In this document: in pieces, positions 19,382-29,166 of the stretch
How the letters are laid out: the number at the start of each line of letters is the position of its first letter
Position numbering within the stretch: position 1 is the stretch's first letter
Origin: a virus
Taxonomy: Duplodnaviria; Caudoviricetes
Length of the DNA: 64,000 bases
Virus record (IMG/VR): IMGVR_UViG_3300029305_003110
Coordinates: 1 to 64,000 of that record
Direction: 5' to 3' (one strand)
The notes under the pieces: generated by a model
Database searches by the model: none
Told to the model about the DNA's origin: nothing
The model's input: the letters and a program-made list of their open reading frames with translations, nothing else
Program-made: the position numbers and the translations under genes

Positions 19382-19741
19382 TTATTCGTCGTCTTCTGTC
19401 AATTCATCAGACTTAATTGTTGTCTTGAGAACCTGTCCTGCCTGTAAGTATGGTGTGAAATTACCATCCTTTTCACCATCATCGGATTCACGATATGTTA
19501 CACCCATATCGAAAATATCGAAAATGTTAATCTGAATATTTTTATCTTTTGATTTTACTTTCTCAAGATATCTTGCTGCTGAATTTAAGAATTCATATAC
19601 GATTGTCGGGATTGCTCTTGCATCCGAAATAAGAATATTGCGTTCTGATTTAAGAACTTCCTGTGCGATTGTTGAAATCTTTTCAAGCTCTTTAACGTCC
19701 TGATTGATTTCGATTAATTTTGCTACTTCTGATTTGCTCAT
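19382..19741 (-). CDS. Possible HU/IHF-like DNA-binding protein
   Basis: Helical N-terminus, then IQINIFDIFDM and TPYLQAGQVLKTTIK resembling the HU C-terminal PxFxAGKxLKxxV pattern. Confidence 0.4.
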   Translation of the reverse strand: MSKSEVAKLIEINQDVKELEKISTIAQEVLKSERNILISDARAIPTIVYEFLNSAARYLEKVKSKDKNIQINIFDIFDMGVTYRESDDGEKDGNFTPYLQAGQVLKTTIKSDELTEDDE

Positions 19742-19808
19742 TTTTAAATCCTCCTAAAATATAAGTTTAAATTTATGTTAATGACTATATAAAAATCTAT
19801 ATAATCAT

Positions 19809-21896
19809 TTAACTACGATGAAACCCAAAAGCTTTATAAGCTTCTTCGAGTGTCATTATTTCTTTACCATCTTTTCTTGCTTTTTCTAGTTTTGATGATG
19901 CAGAATCTTTATTATCAGTTATAACTAAATCGACACTTTTATTATATCCTGATAATATTTCTATCTCTTTATCATCTAAGAATTTTTCAAATTCTTCATC
20001 GGGTCTTACTTTAGTAAATAAGACTTTCATTGAATATCTTTTTGTATCACGCGTCACCTTCAATTCTTTTCTTAAGAACTCTATCAATTTCAGATTTGAT
20101 ATAATTCCTACTATTATTTTATTGGCTGTTTTTTCTTTAATCCCATATATGCTTGTAAGTTTTTTAACATCATTATTTACACATATATCTATCAGCTCAT
20201 CAATATAATATATATTCAAAATCTTCTTAAACATTTTTCTTCCAACATCAGGAATTCCTAATGATCCCAACAGTATATAATCAAATACTTTATTTCTTGA
20301 ACTAATACCGTTGACTATATTATCAATAGATTTCTTTCCAAATCCATCAATTAATACTAATTTGGATTTCTTATTTTTAAGACTATATAAATCTTCTATC
20401 GATGATAGATATCCTTCTGTAAATAAAGTGGTGACTATTCCAACAGAAATATTCGGTATATTCATTTTATCGATATAATTTACAATCTTACCCATTATAC
20501 GAGATGGGCAATCATTATTTGTACATCTCAATATTGGGTCTTTTAAAAGTTTTTCTCCGCAATACTCACAATATGTCGGAGGTTTAATTAAAGAATTTTT
20601 ACTACTTTCACAAGTATGGTCTACATCCAAATATGGAATTATGTCATATTTTATTATAACTTCATCACCTTTTCTAAGATGTAACGATTCAAATCTATCC
20701 ATAGATCCTAATGAAATACTTTTTATAGTATTACCATTCATGACAACAGGTTCGACTTTTGCAACAGGTGAAACCGAACCCAATATTCCCATACAAAACT
20801 TCACATCAAGCAATGTTGTTTTGACACTTTCTGGTTTAAACTTATATGCTACTTCGAATAGGTTTATTGCATCTTCTCGACCAACTGCATTCTGAATATT
20901 TTTATCAATCAATTGAATAACCACACCATCTATTGGTATCTCCATAAAATTTTTGACATATTCTTTTATACTCGTCATCATTGGGAGCATCTTTGTGTAA
21001 TCGGATAACGTAAATTTGTACAACGGATATATAAATGCATCCGGATGAACTATAACCTCTTTGGTTTTAAAATTCTGCATTCGTAATGGAATGATTGTTA
21101 AATATTTTAAATATTTTGGATCAGGATCCTTATTAATTATTGATGATGCTGCCGATCGCTGATTGTTATATCTAGTGAACTTCTCTTGTAATAATTTGAA
21201 ATTTGATTGTGTTATTATTACTTCAGTTTTCACTGCAAATTCACAGTCCCATTCCTCGTACGGTTTGAACTTGACGTAAGAAAACAATGGAGTTATGTCA
21301 ACAGCTTCATTGGCAGTTGTATCTCCTCGAGTTAATGCTCTCTGAATAGTACCATCTGGATTGCATTCGAACACAACAGACACACCATCGAACTTCGGAA
21401 ATATAAAGATTAAATTCTCTTCACCACGCAATTCTCTGCCAAGTCTATTATTTACTTTATTTATCCAATCTTCAATACTTTTTCTTTTATCTTTACCTTT
21501 TTCTTCATTTGTTAAAAAATGCGCTTTAAGTAACGTACCTCGTAAATCCGGATAACGGTGGTTTACAATTGTTTTATTTTTGACATTTTTTGCACCAACA
21601 ATATTCTTATTAGCACCACTAATAAGAATTTCATTTAAAATATCAAAATTCTCATCAGATATCGGAGAGTCGCAATCTGACGCATTGTTATAGATATTCT
21701 GTAGTATCTTAACAATGAACTCAATTATTATCAAATCCTCTTTGTCATAATCGTCTTGGTAGTTAATATAATAATTAACTAAATTATTTATTTTTATTGC
21801 TTCTAATGCCGTTACAAGTTCTTTATATTCATCAACCTCGTAACTCTCTTCATATATCGTTTTAAGCATATGAATTATCTTACTCTTGTCTATCAT
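19809..21896 (-). CDS. ligA: NAD-dependent DNA ligase
   Basis: KFDG adenylation motif, RALTRGD, IDGVV, AYKF, OB fold, C4 zinc finger (CEYC...CTNNDC), HhH repeats, BRCT-like C-terminus. Confidence 0.93.
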   Translation of the reverse strand: MIDKSKIIHMLKTIYEESYEVDEYKELVTALEAIKINNLVNYYINYQDDYDKEDLIIIEFIVKILQNIYNNASDCDSPISDENFDILNEILISGANKNIVGAKNVKNKTIVNHRYPDLRGTLLKAHFLTNEEKGKDKRKSIEDWINKVNNRLGRELRGEENLIFIFPKFDGVSVVFECNPDGTIQRALTRGDTTANEAVDITPLFSYVKFKPYEEWDCEFAVKTEVIITQSNFKLLQEKFTRYNNQRSAASSIINKDPDPKYLKYLTIIPLRMQNFKTKEVIVHPDAFIYPLYKFTLSDYTKMLPMMTSIKEYVKNFMEIPIDGVVIQLIDKNIQNAVGREDAINLFEVAYKFKPESVKTTLLDVKFCMGILGSVSPVAKVEPVVMNGNTIKSISLGSMDRFESLHLRKGDEVIIKYDIIPYLDVDHTCESSKNSLIKPPTYCEYCGEKLLKDPILRCTNNDCPSRIMGKIVNYIDKMNIPNISVGIVTTLFTEGYLSSIEDLYSLKNKKSKLVLIDGFGKKSIDNIVNGISSRNKVFDYILLGSLGIPDVGRKMFKKILNIYYIDELIDICVNNDVKKLTSIYGIKEKTANKIIVGIISNLKLIEFLRKELKVTRDTKRYSMKVLFTKVRPDEEFEKFLDDKEIEILSGYNKSVDLVITDNKDSASSKLEKARKDGKEIMTLEEAYKAFGFHRS

Positions 21897-21960
21897 ATGA
21901 TTACCTCCTTTGATGTATTAATAATATATATTCATTATTTTGTTTCTGATAAAATTAATA

Positions 21961-21998
21961 AAAAAATAACAGGCAGGGATAAACCTGTTATTTTTTTT
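21961..21998 (-). terminator. Terminator hairpin
   Basis: AAAAAATAACAGG/CCTGTTATTTTTT. Confidence 0.7.
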
Positions 21999-22019
21999 AG
22001 GAGCATATATGAGAATAGA

Positions 22020-22625
22020 TTATACTGCTTTCTTTTCTGTAGCAGTTTCTGCTTCAGCGAATGCATTGTCAAACTTATCATTCATTATTCTAATAATACT
22101 AGCAAATATTGTAGATGGTGTTGGTTTAGATACAATGGGCGTTCCTGTTACTGGATGATACTCAACTTTATCATCTTTGTCATTACTCACGACTTTTCCT
22201 GTGCTATTCACATACATAGCCGGTTCATTTTCATCGACCGAATTTGTTGATTTTTTATTATCGTCAGTCACCGCTGTAACAATAATGGGACCATCAACAA
22301 CCTGTCCAGTGCTATTAACAAACATTGCTTCTGTTTCAGCTTCAATTTCTTCAGATTCTTTCTCTGCTTTTGTAACAACTTCTTCTTTTGTTTCTGATAC
22401 TTCTCCGAGAACAAGTTGTATTTCATCATTTGTTTTTCCATCGTAAATCATGTTTATGATAGAATCTGCTATACCACGTTCATATGCATTCATATAACCT
22501 TTCTGCATATTGATAAATGACTTATGTTTCTTGAGCTGTTTCTTTGTTAACTTCTCTGTACCGCCTTCTTCCTCGATGATGTGTCTGATTTTCTCCAATG
22601 TTCCTTCTTTTAATTTCTTTGCCAT
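22020..22625 (-). CDS. Hypothetical protein
   Basis: 201-aa ORF, GGAGG RBS; internal repeat AM(F/Y)VNSTGxVV. Confidence 0.7.
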   Translation of the reverse strand: MAKKLKEGTLEKIRHIIEEEGGTEKLTKKQLKKHKSFINMQKGYMNAYERGIADSIINMIYDGKTNDEIQLVLGEVSETKEEVVTKAEKESEEIEAETEAMFVNSTGQVVDGPIIVTAVTDDNKKSTNSVDENEPAMYVNSTGKVVSNDKDDKVEYHPVTGTPIVSKPTPSTIFASIIRIMNDKFDNAFAEAETATEKKAV

Positions 22626-22664
22626 AATTTTTTCTCCTCCAGAAAATTTATTTTTTATATATAA

Positions 22665-23021
22665 CTAAACTGCCATATGGAATATAGCTTTATGAATCTG
22701 TGGGTTTTCATCTAGAAAATCGCTAGTATCTTCATATTCGCTCAATTCCATAAGTAATCTAACCAATTCATCTCGACATCCCTCCATTCGTATTTTTGAT
22801 AATAATATTATTCGACCTTTTAAATCCGGTATGTGCGAATGTCTATTGACGACTATATGTTTTCTATGTTCCTTATTGACTATTTCAATATTAGTATAAT
22901 ACGCGTTATTATTTTCATCTAAAATATTGATAGTTTTATCAATATTATACCCTCTCATAGTGCCAACAATGACACGTAAAGAACTCATTACTGCAACAAT
23001 TAATAATATAACATTTAACAT
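22665..23021 (-). CDS. Hypothetical membrane-anchored protein
   Basis: N-terminal hydrophobic segment; TATATATTAT motif at 23078-23087. Confidence 0.6.
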   Translation of the reverse strand: MLNVILLIVAVMSSLRVIVGTMRGYNIDKTINILDENNNAYYTNIEIVNKEHRKHIVVNRHSHIPDLKGRIILLSKIRMEGCRDELVRLLMELSEYEDTSDFLDENPQIHKAIFHMAV

Positions 23022-23102
23022 AGTTATCGCCCCTTCACAATTGTTTATACTTGCACAATTTATTTATATATACACTAATAATATATACTCAAAAGCCAGT
23101 AT

Positions 23103-23138
23103 AATACGGTAAATGGCAATATTGCCATTTACCGTATT
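23103..23138. terminator. Perfect 36-bp palindrome, probable terminator
   Basis: AATACGGTAAATGGCAATATTGCCATTTACCGTATT directly after the stop of 23144..23986. Confidence 0.7.
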
Positions 23139-23143
23139 TTATA

Positions 23144-23986
23144 TTATTTACTATTACAAATATCTACAATCGATTGAACGTTCTTTTTCTGTATATCTTT
23201 ATATTTTACAAATGCGTCGGCATCATTATACATTTCATCGTTAAAATACTTCATAAGGTATGCTGCGTATTCCTGTGAAGTTGAACGTATAACATTCAAT
23301 TTAGACATCTTACGAGATATAACATCCGACATAGTTTTCATAAGCTGGGAACAATCGTAATCCGAAATTGCTTCATCCCCAAATCTGTTCAAATATTCAT
23401 TAATAATTTCTCCAAGGCTTGTTGATCTAGATGAGTTTAATATATTGATAAGCCTATCCTTGTCAGTTTCTATCACATTGCTTCTTCTATCGTGTTCAAT
23501 AATAGGTTGTGCATTTTCAATATCAAATGGAATAACACTCTCATCTTTAGGTTTTTCAAACGATAATGTGGATAAGCAATACGGGCACCCTTTCCAATCT
23601 CGCACAATTCTACTGTCAAATTGCCCACCACATACTGAGCAATGTGTTATGTGTGTAAACATATCATGATATGCTTTTCTTTCTTCTTCTGTTGCGTTTG
23701 TTGGTAGCCCTTCTGCGTGGGCATAATCACGTGGAATTAACCCAGTCCAGTACCCTTGTTTTACATTATTGGAATTTTTATTTCCATATATTAAATTATC
23801 AATAGCTATTTGTAATGCGTCTACATATTTTTTATTTCCAACATGCCCATTGGATAGTCCTTTTTCATACTGCTCTTTTAATAATTCAAGCAAATTTATT
23901 GCTATACCTATTTTTACATTTACTTCACTCATATTGAACACTCCTTTACCATTGTACATATTTATCATATCTTCCATCAACTTCAA
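23144..23986 (-). CDS. Hypothetical protein with a central zinc ribbon (true start may be internal)
   Basis: CSVCG...CPYC motif. Confidence 0.65.
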   Translation of the reverse strand: MKLMEDMINMYNGKGVFNMSEVNVKIGIAINLLELLKEQYEKGLSNGHVGNKKYVDALQIAIDNLIYGNKNSNNVKQGYWTGLIPRDYAHAEGLPTNATEEERKAYHDMFTHITHCSVCGGQFDSRIVRDWKGCPYCLSTLSFEKPKDESVIPFDIENAQPIIEHDRRSNVIETDKDRLINILNSSRSTSLGEIINEYLNRFGDEAISDYDCSQLMKTMSDVISRKMSKLNVIRSTSQEYAAYLMKYFNDEMYNDADAFVKYKDIQKKNVQSIVDICNSK

Positions 23987-24147
23987 TTTCTTTTCTGCAT
24001 TTTACACATCTATATATTCTTATAGAATATCTTAAAGTACATGGTGTACATTCATCATATTTTTCATACCATGAAATTTTTTCATATTGATGCTTACAAA
24101 ATAATCTTTTTAAAAAATTTTTCATACTATCTGCCTCCTAAAATATA

Positions 24148-24654
24148 TTATTTTGTAAGATAATTTTTTAATAAAAACATGAATGTGTAAAGTTCATAAT
24201 TATTATTTAAGCAAAGACTAAAATTCTTCTTATTCGTTTCAGAATAATACCCATATACCCTGTCTTCTGGAAATCCTTCAAAATAACCTTTTGTGTCTGT
24301 TAATAGTCCCATAAAATCACAATCTATATCACTTTCAGATTCGATACTTATGCACCAATCATAAAAATTATTTCTTAATACGATTTTAACTCCAATTCTT
24401 GATAAATCTAGTTCCATAACCGGCAATACTACACTTTTTGATCTATGATAGCTTATAACATAAGGTTCAAAACTTTCCATAATTTTCAGTCGCTTATCAA
24501 ATTCCATATCAATATTATATTCGGTTGCTGACTCTAAAAATATTTGTCTCATAAAGTTGCTAACAAAATTAGTTTGATCATATAATCCATTTTTATAAAT
24601 TAAATTATCGTCCGGAATGTTATTCTTTAACCAGTTTGTAAGTTTTTCTTTCAT
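24148..24654 (-). CDS. Hypothetical protein
   Basis: 168-aa ORF with GGAGG RBS. Confidence 0.7.
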   Translation of the reverse strand: MKEKLTNWLKNNIPDDNLIYKNGLYDQTNFVSNFMRQIFLESATEYNIDMEFDKRLKIMESFEPYVISYHRSKSVVLPVMELDLSRIGVKIVLRNNFYDWCISIESESDIDCDFMGLLTDTKGYFEGFPEDRVYGYYSETNKKNFSLCLNNNYELYTFMFLLKNYLTK

Positions 24655-24681
24655 ATAATTCCCTCCTATATGATATGTATT

Positions 24682-24975
24682 TTATTTACTGCTATTCTTC
24701 TTCAGCAAATTGCTCATGAAGTTATTGAATTTGTCGATTGACCACATATATGCAACTATTGCGAGTGCTACCATCCCAAGAATAAGCATTACTGCCAATT
24801 CACCTTTAGCAGGCGAATCAAACTCACTTCTGTTTGTAAGTTTAGCGTCCCAAATAAAAGCATAAAACCCACAGGCTATCCATAATAATATTGATCCAAT
24901 GATTATTAATATAGTCACAATCATCACCAACTTTCGCCATAAAATAAATGTCTTATCAATCATATATTTACCCAT
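24682..24975 (-). CDS. Small membrane protein
   Basis: Two hydrophobic segments. Confidence 0.6.
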   Translation of the reverse strand: MGKYMIDKTFILWRKLVMIVTILIIIGSILLWIACGFYAFIWDAKLTNRSEFDSPAKGELAVMLILGMVALAIVAYMWSIDKFNNFMSNLLKKNSSK

Positions 24976-25000
24976 CTTGTCAATAAAATGTGTATTTTAT

Positions 25001-25216
25001 TTAGTCCCATATTTTTCTTAAAATATATTGTATAAAAATAGGAAGATGATATTCACGAGAGCTATTTCTAAAATGGATATGATAATTGGTATGACAACAG
25101 TTCTTGCAGCTTTCATGTCTACAATTTCCATATCCACATATATTATGAAATAGGAATACTCCACATCGTCTAACTGTTATATGAGGACTCTTTAAAAGTT
25201 TCTTTATATCTATCAC
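25001..25216 (-). CDS. Small Cys/His-rich hypothetical protein
   Basis: GAGGAG RBS; flanked by 18-bp palindromes. Confidence 0.55.
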   Translation of the reverse strand: MIDIKKLLKSPHITVRRCGVFLFHNICGYGNCRHESCKNCCHTNYHIHFRNSSREYHLPIFIQYILRKIWD

Positions 25217-25286
25217 GATATCACTCCTCGATTTCTCAATAAAATAAATGTTTTATCTCTCTAATTTATAATTGTCTCTGGTCAAT

Positions 25287-25712
25287 TTAATATTCCCATT
25301 CTGTACAATTGATACCATTATTAGTTAACCATTTGGCGACCAAATGTCTATGGCAAAATTCTGATGGTTTTTCATAACATATCAAAGCAACAGAATATGG
25401 ATATCCTTCTTTTTGATGTATTTTTCTCAAATCATCATCAGGTAAATTATTTACAAATTCTTCTGCAATGTTATATAAATCATCATAAACACGACTAGGA
25501 TCGAGAGTTGATAAAACTTGCTCATTAAAGCATTTTATGTAGTAATCATTGTCATGATTTTTCTTCCATTCCATAAAAAATGCATATTTCGGTGCTAATT
25601 TTTTATATTGTGCACCATTATACCACTCTGGAGCTTTACCACAAATCGAAATAGGTATAACTCCTGGAGGTAGCGATTTTAATTTGCCGAAATAACTTGT
25701 ATGTAACAACAT
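25287..25712 (-). CDS. DUF488-like protein
   Basis: TSYF...YKKLAP...LICYEKPSEFCHRHLVA motif. Confidence 0.75.
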   Translation of the reverse strand: MLLHTSYFGKLKSLPPGVIPISICGKAPEWYNGAQYKKLAPKYAFFMEWKKNHDNDYYIKCFNEQVLSTLDPSRVYDDLYNIAEEFVNNLPDDDLRKIHQKEGYPYSVALICYEKPSEFCHRHLVAKWLTNNGINCTEWEY

Positions 25713-25731
25713 ATATAACTCCCCTTACATT

Positions 25732-25920
25732 TTATCTAGGTTCTTCTTCTAAAAAATCTGGAATAACCACATTGATTTGAATATGTTTGTCATGAACAGT
25801 TATGTCTGGGTATTCCATTGCTCGTTGTATATCTCGTTTTTCAAAATGCGATACATGTGGAATTTTATGTTTTTCTAAAACGTCCAATAATTCTTTCCAA
25901 ATTTCTTTTGTTATATCCAT
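25732..25920 (-). CDS. Small hypothetical protein (start revised to MDITKE)
   Basis: GGAGAGG RBS before the internal ATG of the 25732..26028 ORF. Confidence 0.55.
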   Translation of the reverse strand: MDITKEIWKELLDVLEKHKIPHVSHFEKRDIQRAMEYPDITVHDKHIQINVVIPDFLEEEPR

Positions 25921-25948
25921 AAAAATACCTCTCCTATAGCATTTAGTA

Positions 25949-26254
25949 TTATACGTTAATAAAAAGTTTGCCTTCGTAGTATTCCTCGCGAAATTTTTCA
26001 GGAGAACATGTATAACAATCACCATCACTATCTTTTATAACGAAAAAGTTGTCTGGTACATAAATTGGCAGTTCTTTGATCGGTGATTTTATAAATAATA
26101 CACCGATCTCATCATCCTCAGTTTTGTTAGGAAAATCCACATTATCTATTCCTATAAAAGCACACATATCATCAATATTATCACCAGTCCATTGTAGTGC
26201 TTCGACTTCAACGGGCATCTTTACATATTTTTTAATCATAAGCTCCCCCTCCAT
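25949..26254 (-). CDS. Conserved phage protein (KYVKxPVEVEAxQW family)
   Basis: KKYVKMPVEVEALQWTG...GDCYTCSPEKFREEY pattern is common in phage accessory genes. Confidence 0.65.
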   Translation of the reverse strand: MEGELMIKKYVKMPVEVEALQWTGDNIDDMCAFIGIDNVDFPNKTEDDEIGVLFIKSPIKELPIYVPDNFFVIKDSDGDCYTCSPEKFREEYYEGKLFINV

Positions 26255-26261
26255 AATAATA

Positions 26262-26462
26262 TCATACTACATCGCCTATATTATTTAATTTTTCCGTTAT
26301 TTCTTTACAACTGTTAACCTGTGGGTTTAAATAACCCTTCTTTTTACATTCATCTATCGCTTTTATTTCAGCTTTGCGTAACGTGTTTGCACTGACAATA
26401 ACGTTTACTTCGCATGATGCATCCATATTAACTTTACATTTAACCATCCATCTTTTAATCAT
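26262..26462 (-). CDS. Small hypothetical protein
   Basis: 66-aa ORF with RBS. Confidence 0.55.
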   Translation of the reverse strand: MIKRWMVKCKVNMDASCEVNVIVSANTLRKAEIKAIDECKKKGYLNPQVNSCKEITEKLNNIGDVV

Positions 26463-26505
26463 ATAAATCTAATCTCCTCTTTTTTATCAAAAAATATATC
26501 GTGTA

Positions 26506-26919
26506 TTATTTGCTACGGGTCATTATCCACTTTACTTTACTTACTAATCCTTCCCATTCTTTAGTATTATCATTGTTAGCCGTTGCCTTTATTATAGTTT
26601 TATAAAGATGGTCTGAAACAGGATCCGTAATTTCGACACCATTGGATAATAAAAAATCAGCAATTTTTTCCAAATTAACAGGCTCAAATTTCATTTTAAC
26701 AGTATTTAGGTTTGATGCTGGGACTCCTGACTGCTGAAGCAAAGTTACTAATAATGCTTTCTTCGTTTTTCTATTAGTAACAAGATTATCTCTTTCTTTA
26801 CCTTCTTCATAAACCTTTTTAAGAATTTCTTCAATTTTTTCTGTAGCACGACCATCAGCTTTCGATATATTTGTGCATATATCGAAAATTACGTGAGATA
26901 ATTCTTTAAAATCAATCAT
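26506..26919 (-). CDS. Hypothetical protein, paralogous to 31178..31537
   Basis: Shared KKxxLxxLLxxxGV...LExxxxxLLSxGV pattern. Confidence 0.65.
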   Translation of the reverse strand: MIDFKELSHVIFDICTNISKADGRATEKIEEILKKVYEEGKERDNLVTNRKTKKALLVTLLQQSGVPASNLNTVKMKFEPVNLEKIADFLLSNGVEITDPVSDHLYKTIIKATANNDNTKEWEGLVSKVKWIMTRSK

Positions 26920-27128
26920 TTCATATTTCCTCCCATTATGTGTTCTCCACTATAAACGCCAAACCACCGAGTTTTACCATCGGTGGTTGTTTCTTTATGA
27001 TAAACTTCTTCATATTCATAATTGGATGTATTGGAAACTAGTGTCTTTGACTTTGCACAACCAGTGCAAATTCCATCGCAATATTCCCAAGAAGACCCAC
27101 AAGGTCTTATCGTTGGTTCGCTATCCAT
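26916..27128 (-). CDS. Small Cys-rich hypothetical protein
   Basis: CGSSWEYCDGICTGC motif. Confidence 0.55.
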   Translation of the reverse strand: MDSEPTIRPCGSSWEYCDGICTGCAKSKTLVSNTSNYEYEEVYHKETTTDGKTRWFGVYSGEHIMGGNMK

Positions 27129-27134
27129 AAAATA

Positions 27135-27521
27135 TCACCACCATAAAATAAATATTAACCAAGTAATAAAAATTTGTATCATATGAATCGATTGGTCTAT
27201 TACAAGATTAATTTTAAATTTATTCGCTTTTAAATCATCAACAAATGCATGAATAATTATATTAATAACATAAGCATATACCCATACTCCAATATCAAAA
27301 CGTAACACGATTGCTATCGGAAGCATTATCATAAATGTCCAACTAAATGCATGGTTGAGTAAAGCGGGAATATAATCATATTTATACATCCATTTATATT
27401 CTTTTTGTTCTTTCCACCATTTTTTCTGTTTTAGATTTGCAAGAACTCCCTGTTGTAATTTATAATCGTCAATAATATGTAGAAAAATCATTGATAATAG
27501 AATAAAAATTTTATTGCTCAT
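27135..27521 (-). CDS. DUF3307-like membrane protein
   Basis: HIIDDY...LANLKQK...H...HAFVDDLK...DQSIH pattern with hydrophobic helices. Confidence 0.7.
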   Translation of the reverse strand: MSNKIFILLSMIFLHIIDDYKLQQGVLANLKQKKWWKEQKEYKWMYKYDYIPALLNHAFSWTFMIMLPIAIVLRFDIGVWVYAYVINIIIHAFVDDLKANKFKINLVIDQSIHMIQIFITWLIFILWW

Positions 27522-27689
27522 ATATTCACCTCATTTCGTTAATACCATGCGTATTTTTATTACAACGATTGCGTTGTAAATTGTACTTCCAATTAGTGTA
27601 AATAAATATAGCGATAACAGGTAACAACAAACAAGCCTTTATTATATCTTCCATATAATTCACCTCATCTTACCAATAAAATGTGTATT

Positions 27690-27932
27690 TTATTTAGTGT
27701 TATCATATCTCCATTTTTTATAATTTTCATCTATTTCTTTGCATCTCAAGTCTCTATATTCGTCTTTTAAACAAGAACAGACAAACATGAGAATGAATAC
27801 GATGATTCCAGAGTACCTAAAATCAAATTGTGTAGAAATAAATGCTAAAATTACAGCAAGCATTCCGCACAATATAGCTATAGTTCCAACTAAGTTTGCT
27901 TTTGTCTTTAAATTCATTGCCGGCACCTCCAT
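27690..27932 (-). CDS. Small two-TM membrane protein
   Basis: Two hydrophobic segments; bounded by 18-bp palindromes. Confidence 0.6.
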   Translation of the reverse strand: MEVPAMNLKTKANLVGTIAILCGMLAVILAFISTQFDFRYSGIIVFILMFVCSCLKDEYRDLRCKEIDENYKKWRYDNTK

Positions 27933-27944
27933 AAAATAAATGTT

Positions 27945-28149
27945 TTATTTTCTACTTTCAACTATGTTATTCCAATAATCAATTGCATCTTGTTTAGTAT
28001 CGCTCCAATGTCGGTGCTTCCAAGCATACCCACAAGCGCATTTTATTACATAGCCAAATGCGGGATAATCAGAATAGTAATTGTATTCACCACTATGTAC
28101 CCAAGTATTTTTGCAATAAGGGCATGGTAATATTTTTTTTCTCTTCCAT
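27945..28149 (-). pseudogene. Lar-like zinc-ribbon gene frameshifted in an A8 tract
   Basis: ATG GAA GAG then A8; removing one A gives MEEKKILPCPYCK...IKCACG...DAIDYWN. Confidence 0.55.
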
Positions 28150-28174
28150 TATGAACACCAACTTTCGGCATAAA

Positions 28175-28546
28175 CTACATCGTCTTGTTATACATATTAA
28201 TCATTTGATTTAGGACTGAATCATATCCCCATTGTGCTTCGGTTCTTGGAAATAATACTTCTGTAAATTTATGACCAAGATGATTTACAGTTATCAAAAT
28301 CTTCTGATTATTCATATCCTCGTTATTAAGAGTCACCCAGAATTCAGGAGGACATTTATCAATAGTCCAATGTTCTCTAGTTAAACTTTGTACTTTTTCT
28401 TCTAAAATTGTTATAATATCATCATTAAATAAGCCTTGACTATATTTTTTATGATTCTGGATATCATCTTTTGGTGTTTGTTCTCTTCTAATATCTCTAC
28501 AATAAGATTCTCTTTCTGGGTCTGTATAGTTGCCAATTCCTCCCAT
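28175..28546 (-). CDS. Hypothetical protein
   Basis: 123-aa ORF with AGGTGG RBS. Confidence 0.65.
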   Translation of the reverse strand: MGGIGNYTDPERESYCRDIRREQTPKDDIQNHKKYSQGLFNDDIITILEEKVQSLTREHWTIDKCPPEFWVTLNNEDMNNQKILITVNHLGHKFTEVLFPRTEAQWGYDSVLNQMINMYNKTM

Positions 28547-28587
28547 TATTCATACCACCTTTCACTATAAAATAAATGTTTTATTTA

Positions 28588-28899
28588 CTACTTATCAATC
28601 ACAAAACCATCTCCATGAGCTATTTCTATTCTTTTAATTTTTAGATTACTCACGAAGTCTTCATTACTTTTACATAAAATATCCTTAACGATACCAGGAA
28701 CGCAATCGGCATTGTGTGAAAAAACTATACCTGTTTTATCTCGTATAACTGCACCATTATCTAATTCAGCTTCCCATTTATATATACTTATATCCGAAAT
28801 GCTTTCTGCTTTCGGCAGTTGATCTATATCCGTTACATGAAGATGAGCTACGCCATTTTCAAATAAATCATATACATCTTTACTATTTAAATATGACAT
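28588..28899 (-). CDS. Hypothetical protein
   Basis: 103-aa ORF. Confidence 0.6.
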   Translation of the reverse strand: MSYLNSKDVYDLFENGVAHLHVTDIDQLPKAESISDISIYKWEAELDNGAVIRDKTGIVFSHNADCVPGIVKDILCKSNEDFVSNLKIKRIEIAHGDGFVIDK

Positions 28900-29138
28900 T
28901 TAAATTCACCACCCATTATAATAAATTTTCCGTCTACAGTTTGAACTAGTTCATCACCATTAAAATTATAACATATACCAGTTTCTAAATTTACAGCACC
29001 TATTTCATTTGTATAACTACATCTCATCCATATGCTAATATTTTCCAGTTCAGCTTTAGATATAAAATAGAATATTTCTCCGTCCTGTAAATCTTTAATA
29101 GTTTTAAATTTTATATTTATTTTTCCGTCTACTTTCAT
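28887..29138 (-). CDS. Hypothetical protein
   Basis: 83-aa ORF with AGGAGG RBS; resembles the C-terminus of 18242..18745. Confidence 0.6.
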   Translation of the reverse strand: MKVDGKINIKFKTIKDLQDGEIFYFISKAELENISIWMRCSYTNEIGAVNLETGICYNFNGDELVQTVDGKFIIMGGEFKCHI

Positions 29139-29166
29139 ATATATCTCCTCCTTAATAATACAATAT

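Larger units (their letters stand above)
24983..28584. repeat. Five dispersed 18-bp imperfect palindromes ATAAAA-N6-TTTTAT at gene boundaries
   Basis: ATAAAATGTGTATTTTAT at 24983 and 27676; ATAAAATAAATGTTTTAT at 25239, 27931 and 28567. Confidence 0.75.
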
